A stretch of 32,366 nt of DNA, taken from positions 1 to 32,366 of IMG/VR virus record IMGVR_UViG_3300031952_000085; one strand, 5' to 3'. The notes under the pieces are model-generated. The model did no database searches and was not told where the DNA came from. It saw only the letters and a program-made list of their open reading frames with translations. This document shows, piece by piece, positions 8,846-16,260 of this stretch (the stretch's first letter is position 1; every line of letters starts with the position of its first letter). This DNA comes from a virus (Duplodnaviria > Caudoviricetes). The translations under genes and the position numbers were made by a program.

Positions 8846-8878
8846 GAGTTGATCTCCATTACATGAAATTCTTTTTAA

Positions 8879-9565
8879 TCATACTAGTTTGCCGCCGGGT
8901 TGACTAGGAATACCAGCCACAACGCCGCCCGGAGCCCCGACTGTGGCGATCGCACTGCCATTGGCCATGGTCGTGGCGAGCCATGTGGATTGGAACGCAG
9001 TCTCTATCGCCTTGGAAATGGATTTAATTAGCGGCTTGGATTTGGCCATGGGGTCGTCCAGTTTCCAGGCCGGCGGAGTCAGGGTCAATGCCCACATATC
9101 CGCAATGCCAGAGATAGGCCCGCCGGCCCCGGCGGCCGCCAGCTGCGTTGGGATATTCTGAGCCGAGACTGGTCCTGGCGTCACTGGGGTGGCCCCGCTC
9201 GTGCCGGTGTAGTTGAGAGCAGAGAATTTGTAGGTCGGCGGCCAGGCACCAAATTTAGTCGACAGCGTGGAGGTCAAGCCTGCGACAAACTGCTTTAGTT
9301 CGGGGGAATCCTTGCCTACCTTTGGGGCCTCTAGCACGAACGGCCCGCCAGTCATGATCCCGCCGCCTCCGATACCTACCCACGCACCGACCCCGGCGCC
9401 GCTCAGCACAAGTGTTCCGAACTGAATGGAGTCTTGCCAGGTCTTCCAGGCTTTCTCCACGGCTTTCATCAAGTCCTCAACAAACTTAAGCGCCTCGGGG
9501 CCTAGCGGCATCCCATAGGCCGCGACAGCTTGCTTTGCCAGAAGTGCTCCACTGGGTGCCGGCAT
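8879..9565 (-). CDS. Gly/Ala/Pro-rich putative baseplate or spike-associated protein
   Basis: Coupled (TAATG) to the spike gene; two similar halves (VEKAWKTWQ.. / IETAFQSTW..). Confidence 0.6.
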   Translation of the reverse strand: MPAPSGALLAKQAVAAYGMPLGPEALKFVEDLMKAVEKAWKTWQDSIQFGTLVLSGAGVGAWVGIGGGGIMTGGPFVLEAPKVGKDSPELKQFVAGLTSTLSTKFGAWPPTYKFSALNYTGTSGATPVTPGPVSAQNIPTQLAAAGAGGPISGIADMWALTLTPPAWKLDDPMAKSKPLIKSISKAIETAFQSTWLATTMANGSAIATVGAPGGVVAGIPSQPGGKLV

Positions 9566-10866
9566 TATTTTGATACCTTTACGGTTGTGGAGAAGGGGAC
9601 AAGGGGCGCTCCCGTGAAAGGGGAGAGGGTAGTGGGGTAGCAGAGCACGTTATCGGTTGCTCCTGGACCCGCATCAATATTAACCGCACCCTTTGCTTTA
9701 ATGTCGACCGGGCCGAGAGCTTCGATCTTAACTGGACCCATGGATTTGATATCGACGCCGGCTTTGGCATCAAGCGTGATCTTGGTAAGTGCGGTGAACT
9801 TCATATCACCGGAGTTCGAGATCGAAACGGTCCCCCCCGGTCCCTCCAAGATGATAGCCCCTGTCGCCTTCACATCCACTTTTACCAAAGGATTCTTAAG
9901 CTGGAAATCCCCGGTCACCGACGCACTGATATCTATCGTCGGATTCTTAAAAGTAAACGCGCCTGCAGCACTGAGCTCGATTGTGATTAACTTATTTACG
10001 CTTACTTTAGCCGCACCTGTGGGGGAAATATCAAGCTCAAAGTTAGGGAGAGGGCCAGATTTAAAACTGTATGAGCCATCTGGGCCGGTTTTGGTGTGGA
10101 CACCGATAGGGCTGCCCAGTGGCAATGGCGGCGTAACGTGGGTCTCCACAACGCCAAGATTGGATATTGTTTTTGTGTAGGACGGAAGCGTGACCCCCTC
10201 GACACCGGGTATGCCCGGCCCCACCTGGCACTTGTAGATCGTAGTCAGATCCACGCCTCCATGGGTTTCTGTCATCACGACCGAGCGGATCAGGTCTCTT
10301 CTGTACTCGGCTTTGTGGGAGGTAAACTGAGTAAGCGGGTCAATTCTCCAGTCCTTAAAACCACCGTCAGCCTTCAGCTGGTAGCGTTGGCACAGATCAA
10401 AAATGGCACCGCCTTTTGGGATCATGATGCGCTGCAGCGTGGTCGCAGAGTAAATCTCGATGGCACCGCTGGCCTTGACCGTGATTCTGTTGCCCGCAAC
10501 AGTTGCGATAATCTTATCGCCTGCAATGAGTTTCGTCGGCTCTTTGCCTGTGACCAGCGACCCATTTCGTGACATGGGTTTGAAGTAGCCAAAGATAAAA
10601 GCCTCGCCTTGCACCCAAAAAACTAACCCGAGTGAATTAGGTCTAGGAATAGATGTGCTCTCATCCCCCTCAGGATTGGAATCCATGTTGATCCACTGCG
10701 CATCCGGTATATATTGGTCATCAAGAGTACCCTTACCGTGAAAAGTCACAACTGTGCATGTGCGCGCTTTAGCGTCGACGTCGACAACGCGTCCGAAGGC
10801 GATGCCAAAAGCCTGCTCAATGCGGTTGGGGTGATCCATTTCGTAAAGCGAGCGGTCCCTGAACAT
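9565..10866 (-). CDS. baseplate central spike, gp5/gpV/VgrG-like
   Basis: Start reassigned to ATG 10866 (GGAGG SD). N-terminal OB-fold-like FGRVVDVDAKARTCTVVT..IPRPNSLGLV; C-terminal short beta-strand repeats (ITLDAKAGVDIKSMGPVKIEALGPVDIKAKGAVNID). Confidence 0.75.
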   Translation of the reverse strand: MFRDRSLYEMDHPNRIEQAFGIAFGRVVDVDAKARTCTVVTFHGKGTLDDQYIPDAQWINMDSNPEGDESTSIPRPNSLGLVFWVQGEAFIFGYFKPMSRNGSLVTGKEPTKLIAGDKIIATVAGNRITVKASGAIEIYSATTLQRIMIPKGGAIFDLCQRYQLKADGGFKDWRIDPLTQFTSHKAEYRRDLIRSVVMTETHGGVDLTTIYKCQVGPGIPGVEGVTLPSYTKTISNLGVVETHVTPPLPLGSPIGVHTKTGPDGSYSFKSGPLPNFELDISPTGAAKVSVNKLITIELSAAGAFTFKNPTIDISASVTGDFQLKNPLVKVDVKATGAIILEGPGGTVSISNSGDMKFTALTKITLDAKAGVDIKSMGPVKIEALGPVDIKAKGAVNIDAGPGATDNVLCYPTTLSPFTGAPLVPFSTTVKVSK

Positions 10867-10906
10867 CTTGGGCCTCCGGCAGTGGTGAAGAGTGTAGTTG
10901 GGCTGA

Positions 10907-10918
10907 GTATACACTGGC
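10907..10918 (+). promoter_or_regulatory. GTATACACTGGC motif upstream of ssb; near-identical copy upstream of the HU gene
   Basis: 11/12 identical to 11455-11466 (GTAAACACTGGC); contains a -10-like TACACT. Confidence 0.4.
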
Positions 10919-10933
10919 AATATAGGAGCATTC

Positions 10934-11446
10934 ATGGCGTCCGTAAACAAGGCTATTATCGTGGGTAATCTCGGGCAGGACCCTGAGCTGCGCCATACCA
11001 CCGAAGGCAAGGCTTACTGCGTGTTAAGCGTGGCTACCAACGAGGAGTGGACGTCCCATAGCGGGGAGCGGCATAAAGAGGTGGAGTGGCACAAAGCCAT
11101 CGTATGGGAAAAGGTTGCAGAGAACGCGGCCAAGTATCTCAGCAAGGGCAGTACAGTCTACATCGAGGGAAGAACGAAAACCCGAAAGTACACGACAACT
11201 GCCGGCGAAGAGCGCGCGGAAAAGCAGATCCAGGTAGACCCCTTTGGACTGAAGTACCTCGATGGTTACGGCGAAACGGAAAAGAGTGTGATAGGGCAAG
11301 TAGCTGAAGAGGCTAGCCAGCCAGCGCCCAGGGAGCAGGCCGCGCCAAGAGCAGTGGGCAAAGGGCCCGTAATAAAGCCGAACACCGCAGCAAAACCCAA
11401 CAGCACGGCTCAATTCGATGCTTCATTGGACGATATACCGTTTTAG
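10934..11446 (+). CDS. ssb: single-stranded DNA-binding protein
   Basis: MASVNKAIIVGNLGQDPELR, EWH, YLSKGSTVYIEGR, C-terminal DDIPF tail; AGGAG SD. Confidence 0.97.
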   Translation: MASVNKAIIVGNLGQDPELRHTTEGKAYCVLSVATNEEWTSHSGERHKEVEWHKAIVWEKVAENAAKYLSKGSTVYIEGRTKTRKYTTTAGEERAEKQIQVDPFGLKYLDGYGETEKSVIGQVAEEASQPAPREQAAPRAVGKGPVIKPNTAAKPNSTAQFDASLDDIPF

Positions 11447-11454
11447 GTCCAGCT

Positions 11455-11466
11455 GTAAACACTGGC
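11455..11466 (+). promoter_or_regulatory. GTAAACACTGGC motif upstream of the HU gene
   Basis: Second copy of the motif found upstream of ssb. Confidence 0.4.
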
Positions 11467-11526
11467 CCTTGCAATTTTCACAGGCACTCAATAGTGTTTG
11501 TCTTTTACCCAAAGAAAGGGAATCGC

Positions 11527-11820
11527 ATGAATCTCGCAGAGCTAACCTCAATTGTCGCCGAAGGTGCAGGCATCTCCAAGGCCACTGTCCGGGAGATTAT
11601 CAAGCTGACTACCCAAGCCATTCAACTGGAAGTCGTTCACGGCGGGAGGGTCTCCCTGGTGGGTTTTGGCTCGTTTCATCCGACCGTTCGCCAAGCCCGC
11701 ATTGGACGTAATCCCCAAACAGGGGGCGAGGTCAAGATTCCGGCAGCGACTGTGCCTCGGTTCAAGGCCGGAAAAGAGTTTAGAGACCTCGTCCGAACTC
11801 CTCCTAAAAAGCGCAAGTGA
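11527..11820 (+). CDS. hup: HU/IHF-family histone-like DNA-binding protein
   Basis: MNLAEL...VSLVGFGSF..RQARIGRNPQTGGEVKIPAATVPRFKAGKEF; start at ATG 11527 after AAAGGG. Confidence 0.95.
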   Translation: MNLAELTSIVAEGAGISKATVREIIKLTTQAIQLEVVHGGRVSLVGFGSFHPTVRQARIGRNPQTGGEVKIPAATVPRFKAGKEFRDLVRTPPKKRK

Positions 11821-11973
11821 TCCTGAAAGCCGGGCCCAGCTTGCCCGGCGAATCTTCGGCCCGATTGCAGTAGAACGATCCTGCCTCCAGCGGTATGCTG
11901 AATAAGAGCACATCTCCATGCGAAGTTCGGCCATGCGAACAAGCGGGCAGGTAGTCTATTTACGGGAGGCGCT

Positions 11974-12216
11974 ATGTTTGAAGTTGCAAGGAGGCTCAGG
12001 GCCGCTGGCAGCCAAATCGGTAAGGCCACGCGGCACTACTGGTGCCGCCTCACCTCCCACGACTGGCAACGCCTCGGAGGCCCTGACGAGGACGAATGGG
12101 CTAAAACCGCAGTGCCCCTGGAGGTCGTTAAGAGAATCGAAATCTGCTGCCGCTGCCTTTCAGTTCGGTACACCTCCGAAAAGCAGGGAGGCGCACATGG
12201 TAAGACTGATAGGTGA
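11974..12216 (+). CDS. small putative zinc-binding protein (C..H.W...CxxC)
   Basis: GGGAGG SD; WCRLTSHDW...ICCRC. Confidence 0.65.
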   Translation: MFEVARRLRAAGSQIGKATRHYWCRLTSHDWQRLGGPDEDEWAKTAVPLEVVKRIEICCRCLSVRYTSEKQGGAHGKTDR

Positions 12217-12586
12217 TTTGCAAAGAGAGCCGCTTCCGATTGAGGCTATGCTCGTCGAGATGGGGTGCTACCCCGAGCACTACGGGTTTAGGGCCGTAGT
12301 GGGCGTAGAGGGAAGTCTTCTCTTCGATCTCAGGCACGGAGGCAAGCTCACCACGCTGACTGTCAGCCTCATAGATAGCGACAAGGACTCTCGCTGGATC
12401 TGCCTTGTCGTCAAGAAGACTCCTGGACCGCCCTCATTTATGGATGTGGCCTACGCACGCAAAGCAGTATTCGGCGATCGCGTCTCCCTGATTGTGCAGT
12501 CTGCCAACGCATCTCCCCCCGAGCAGCAGGCGGTAACACTCTGGCATCCTTTGCAGCCGATACAGCTGCCACCTGGCATCAAGTAA
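12197..12586 (+). CDS. phage hypothetical protein (129 aa)
   Basis: GGGAGG SD before ATG 12197. RW...PPSFMDVAYARKAVFGD...VTLWHP..LPP resembles a widespread small phage family with a PTW..M..K..FF / LHLW.P pattern. Confidence 0.65.
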   Translation: MVRLIGDLQREPLPIEAMLVEMGCYPEHYGFRAVVGVEGSLLFDLRHGGKLTTLTVSLIDSDKDSRWICLVVKKTPGPPSFMDVAYARKAVFGDRVSLIVQSANASPPEQQAVTLWHPLQPIQLPPGIK

Positions 12587-13688
12587 GTCGTTTCTTGTTG
12601 TAGGCGTCCGCCTGCCGACTGTTCCATGCAGATCCCTCTGGGGTATGAAGCCAGGGATTGAACTTATCCGCGAAATGGTTATGCCCTGCCGACGGGCCTT
12701 GATGGGAGTCCTTGTTCATCTCCGAACGCCACTGGCGTACTCTCGCTTTCGGCATCGGGGCAAAGGCGTTATATTCCTCAACAGTCCGATCGAACGTGGA
12801 AAGCGCCTCGGTATGCCCCTTCTCCTTCTTTTTCTCGCCGCCGCTAAAAAACCCATCCCAAAACGCAACTTTTTTGATTTCTGTGCCCGGGAAGGGTATC
12901 GCCTGCATATTTTTCTCCTCCAGAATCCTGCGCATGTGCTTAACACCATGTCTGCTTAGTCTCATTTTACCGTACCGGAATTTAGGTACTGCATGTTCCA
13001 GGAGGTGCTTCGTATTGTCCGCCTCACGCAGTCCATGGAACAGCCTCTTTGTTGGGCTGTACCCCTTTTTTGGGAGAGATGCCAGTGCATTACTCTCCTC
13101 TAGAATAACTCTAGGATCGGTATGACTACCTGCCCACAGGGTTTTGGCTTTGCCAAAACTTTTCCTCTCTGCCTGCTCATGTAGATGCATTATCCGGTTC
13201 GTCATCTCTCTATTTTTCGGGTTCCAAGCAGCAGGCAATTTCATTCCGGGTGCAAGTACCTCAAGCATGTCGCCTTTGGCGAAAGTTTTTAGATTCGCCT
13301 GTGGGTGTGAAGATACCGTGCCTTGAACATTCATCATATGCCCCGCCCTCCGGAGCGGATCGCCCCCAGCGCTTAGCTTGTCTTTACTAAGACTTATAAA
13401 TTTTTCCTTCGGTGTCCTACCCTCTATGTGCGCGTTAACGGACTCTGTGTTGAGTTTCGGGGCCCGTCTGATAAGTTTGTCCTTAAACCTCCCCATAGCT
13501 GCGCGAGCCGTCGCGAGGTTGAGCGCTCTTTTCTCGAAGCCATCCCAAAACGCGCTCTTCTCGTGCAGGCCGGCAGCCCTCTCCTCTTTCTGCTCTTCTT
13601 CGGACTCAGCCTTCTCCTGCTCGGGTGTTTCCCGGTCTTCGTGCTTTTGCAAGAGGGCTTTCAGATCGGATTTGCTTGGTTCAGTCAT
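12579..13688 (-). CDS. basic hypothetical protein (369 aa) with two internal KxAFWDGF tags
   Basis: ATGA-coupled to the upstream gene; EKSAFWDGFEKRA and KKVAFWDGFF; HExxE..H-like segment LHEQAE...SH. Confidence 0.75.
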   Translation of the reverse strand: MTEPSKSDLKALLQKHEDRETPEQEKAESEEEQKEERAAGLHEKSAFWDGFEKRALNLATARAAMGRFKDKLIRRAPKLNTESVNAHIEGRTPKEKFISLSKDKLSAGGDPLRRAGHMMNVQGTVSSHPQANLKTFAKGDMLEVLAPGMKLPAAWNPKNREMTNRIMHLHEQAERKSFGKAKTLWAGSHTDPRVILEESNALASLPKKGYSPTKRLFHGLREADNTKHLLEHAVPKFRYGKMRLSRHGVKHMRRILEEKNMQAIPFPGTEIKKVAFWDGFFSGGEKKKEKGHTEALSTFDRTVEEYNAFAPMPKARVRQWRSEMNKDSHQGPSAGHNHFADKFNPWLHTPEGSAWNSRQADAYNKKRLT

Positions 13689-14482
13689 CGCGTTTTTTCC
13701 CTTTCCAGGCGGCTCTTTTTCAAATTCAAGTACCCAGCCGTGGCCAGGGTCATCGCTAGTGGTGCAGCCGCGTAGCTCCCAAATGCGGCAGCAAGACCTG
13801 GCGCAGCCCGGAGTGCGGCCTTAGCCCCGCCCCTGTGCTTTGCCAGCGTCCCGAGAGCCCGTAACGAAGCCCCGCCCTCTTCGATAAGGTTCGGTGCATG
13901 CAGAGCAAACGGCACATACGGGGCTATCTTGTCCCCAGTCTCGCTATTAGCGAGGAGCAACCCAGCCTGCGCAGGAACCATAAAGCGCCTCCCTGCGAGC
14001 ATAGGTCCGAGCTTGAGCATCGCAGACCGCACACGTTTCTTTTCTGCAGGGGCCAGTTCGGCCCATCCTTTACCTTGGAGCGACTCTAGGGGCGAATTAC
14101 CTCCAACGAAACCGCGCATAGAGGTAGCATGCCCCAACTCGTGAGCGAGTGTTCCAGCAGTCGGATTGGGGGTTGTTGTAATGGTGTTTGTGAGCATGCT
14201 GAACTCACCACCAGTATGAGGGCTTGTTTGCCATGTAGTGCTAAGCCCCTTGTCGCGGCTAACATTCTTCATAAAGCTCTCCGCCTCTTCTGGTGAGAGC
14301 CGTGAGTCGAGCTTTTCTAATTGCTTCATCGCGCCCACTGCACCTACGGCGCCCAGGTACTCAAAGAGGTTCCCAGTCACAATTGTACCAAGGGCATTTG
14401 CCGATCGGCCCCAGATGTTTAAAGGCTCTCTCTCTTTCTTTTTTTTCGCTCTTTTCATAAAGCCAACTAGAAAGGGGCTCAT
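13685..14482 (-). CDS. putative zincin metallopeptidase (HExxH) with hydrophobic segments and N-terminal FLxGFxKxA tag
   Basis: LAHELGHA plus downstream EEGGASLRA; starts MSPFLVGFMKRA; GGAG SD. Confidence 0.7.
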   Translation of the reverse strand: MSPFLVGFMKRAKKKKEREPLNIWGRSANALGTIVTGNLFEYLGAVGAVGAMKQLEKLDSRLSPEEAESFMKNVSRDKGLSTTWQTSPHTGGEFSMLTNTITTTPNPTAGTLAHELGHATSMRGFVGGNSPLESLQGKGWAELAPAEKKRVRSAMLKLGPMLAGRRFMVPAQAGLLLANSETGDKIAPYVPFALHAPNLIEEGGASLRALGTLAKHRGGAKAALRAAPGLAAAFGSYAAAPLAMTLATAGYLNLKKSRLEREKTR

Positions 14483-14491
14483 CACGGTCTC

Positions 14492-15922
14492 CTATACGGG
14501 CGCGCTGCCCTGCTGTTTTAGAATATTCAGAAACTGCGCATTCAGCGCATCCTTCTTGCCGGAGAGCATGCTGAGATATTGGTCGACTCCCATATCAGGA
14601 TCTTGACCCAGAATCTTTTGGGTAAATGACTTGGGTATGGTCGACTGGAATCTTTGCACCAGGACATGTCGCTCGTCCTCTGGAAGATGGTCATGGCTCT
14701 TATAGCGAATTCCCCGACCCTCGGCCTGCTCGAGTCTTGCATTGTTCCAGTGCGGTTCGAGCAATTGGATGAGTTTAGTCCCTTTCAGATCCAGGCCCTG
14801 GGACCCTGCGCCGGAGATAAGCAAGACTTTCACCTTGCCAGTGTTGTAGTCGGCAATCATTGCCTTCCGCTTGGAATCGGAGAGACTCCCATCAAAGATT
14901 GCGTGAGAGACTCCAGACGACTTGAGTTGACTGGCGTATTCTCGGACACCGGCATCGAGATAGTTCGAATAGACGAGCCCCCTGAAGTTCTTGTCTTTAG
15001 CGTTCAGATCTTGAAGAGCCGTCACCGCCCTCTGGATCTTAGGAGAGGTCTCCGTTCCGCCAAAGGATTTGGTGCTGTTGGATACCTGTCTCACGCCGGA
15101 TAAAAACGTGTTCAGTTGGGTAGCTTCGGCTTTCGATGGAGGGAGGCCGCGCCGGATCTTATATCTGAGCGCCGGTCCTGCCTTTTCCATGACAAAGTCA
15201 TAGTACTTCATCTGCTCACCGCTCATAGGGACGCTAATGCTCTCGTGGGTGACCGCGGGAAAACTCTCTTTGGCGGGCGCATGATAGTCGACATAGCCGT
15301 GGACCAGAGAAGAGAATTTATCAGGGTTCTTAATCTTGTACTCGATCCCGTTCTTGGCTCCGTGGAGAATCCTGGCTAGGAATCCGGGGCTTATCTTCTG
15401 CTCGCGTATGAATTGCTCGTTGAACGCCTTTGGGTCAGTCGGCACCGCCTCGTCGCCGCGCACCATCCTCAGCAGAGGGGCGATCTCATAAGGGTGGTTG
15501 CGGATTGGGGTACCTGTCAGCAGTATCCGCTTTTTATACTCAGGGGCTTTTCTAAGCATCTCCTGGCTTCTCATCGAGCCAGGCGTGCCGAGCATATGGG
15601 CCTCATCTACGATCAGAGTATCGCCCCTTGCAGGAGTCTTGACCGCCTTATCGTAGCTCATGATATTAGGCTTGTAGCCGGTCGTGTGCTTCTGCACTTC
15701 CTTCTGAAAATTGCCGCGAAGGCTGGCAGGCACAACGACGTCCGTTTTTTCGCCCTGTGAAGCCGCAATTCCTGAGAGGCTCTTGCCGCTGCCTAGACCA
15801 TGATAGAGGAGGAGCCCTGGCGTCTTCTTCAGTCGCTCTTGAACCCTGACTTGGTGCGGCTCTAGTTTCGTGGATTCACGGAGTTTTGCCTGCTTCAGAA
15901 AGCCTCGCAAAAAGGCGCTCAT
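14492..15922 (-). CDS. SF2 (SNF2-like) helicase/ATPase resembling the poxvirus/NCLDV D6/D11 (VETF/NPH-I) group
   Basis: GLLLYHGLGSGKS, LIVDEAH, LLTGTPIRNHPYEI, GSQGLDLK, LEPHWNNARLEQAEGRGIRYKSH..LP..ER.V; starts MSAFLRGFLKQA. Confidence 0.85.
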   Translation of the reverse strand: MSAFLRGFLKQAKLRESTKLEPHQVRVQERLKKTPGLLLYHGLGSGKSLSGIAASQGEKTDVVVPASLRGNFQKEVQKHTTGYKPNIMSYDKAVKTPARGDTLIVDEAHMLGTPGSMRSQEMLRKAPEYKKRILLTGTPIRNHPYEIAPLLRMVRGDEAVPTDPKAFNEQFIREQKISPGFLARILHGAKNGIEYKIKNPDKFSSLVHGYVDYHAPAKESFPAVTHESISVPMSGEQMKYYDFVMEKAGPALRYKIRRGLPPSKAEATQLNTFLSGVRQVSNSTKSFGGTETSPKIQRAVTALQDLNAKDKNFRGLVYSNYLDAGVREYASQLKSSGVSHAIFDGSLSDSKRKAMIADYNTGKVKVLLISGAGSQGLDLKGTKLIQLLEPHWNNARLEQAEGRGIRYKSHDHLPEDERHVLVQRFQSTIPKSFTQKILGQDPDMGVDQYLSMLSGKKDALNAQFLNILKQQGSAPV

Positions 15923-16260
15923 AAAACTTCCTCTTTCAGCTCGGGGTGTTTATGGTGCACAGCAGCCTTATCAAAACCAACCCAGAAAGCCGTCTTTGTC
16001 CGAGTTCTGGCAACGAAGCGGCGCACCGCACCCTCAGGAACGTCACCCACGAGGTGATCGACAGGACGTCCGTTCTCGTGCCGCACCAAAAAGGGGAGAG
16101 AGCGGATAAGCTGGCCATCATACGTCGGAGGCGTTGTGGCCTTATCTACGTCGACTTCCCGAACCTCAACACTATCGGCGCCCTTGTGCCTGTCCAGCTT
16201 TTGCTTCATGCTGCGCGAGGCCTCAGACCAGGTGCCGTGGTAAAAAATTACATAGTCCAT
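15919..16260 (-). CDS. thioredoxin-fold protein with WSEAS replacing WCxxC, C-terminal FWxGFxKxA tag
   Basis: IFYHGTWSEASRSMK, VDVD, IRSLPFLVRHENGRPVDHLVG. ATG overlaps the RNAP stop (TGATG) and its stop overlaps the helicase ATG. Confidence 0.75.
   Translation of the reverse strand: MDYVIFYHGTWSEASRSMKQKLDRHKGADSVEVREVDVDKATTPPTYDGQLIRSLPFLVRHENGRPVDHLVGDVPEGAVRRFVARTRTKTAFWVGFDKAAVHHKHPELKEEVL

Noticed and set aside
11821-11973. Possible tRNA or ncRNA in the gap after hup (GCCGGGC/GCCCGGC hairpin)
   Set aside because: Only a short GC hairpin; no cloverleaf, T-loop consensus or U-tract recognised.
11918-12586. Single 222-aa ORF from the track
   Set aside because: Better explained as two genes (11974..12216 and 12197..12586), each with a GGGAGG SD.
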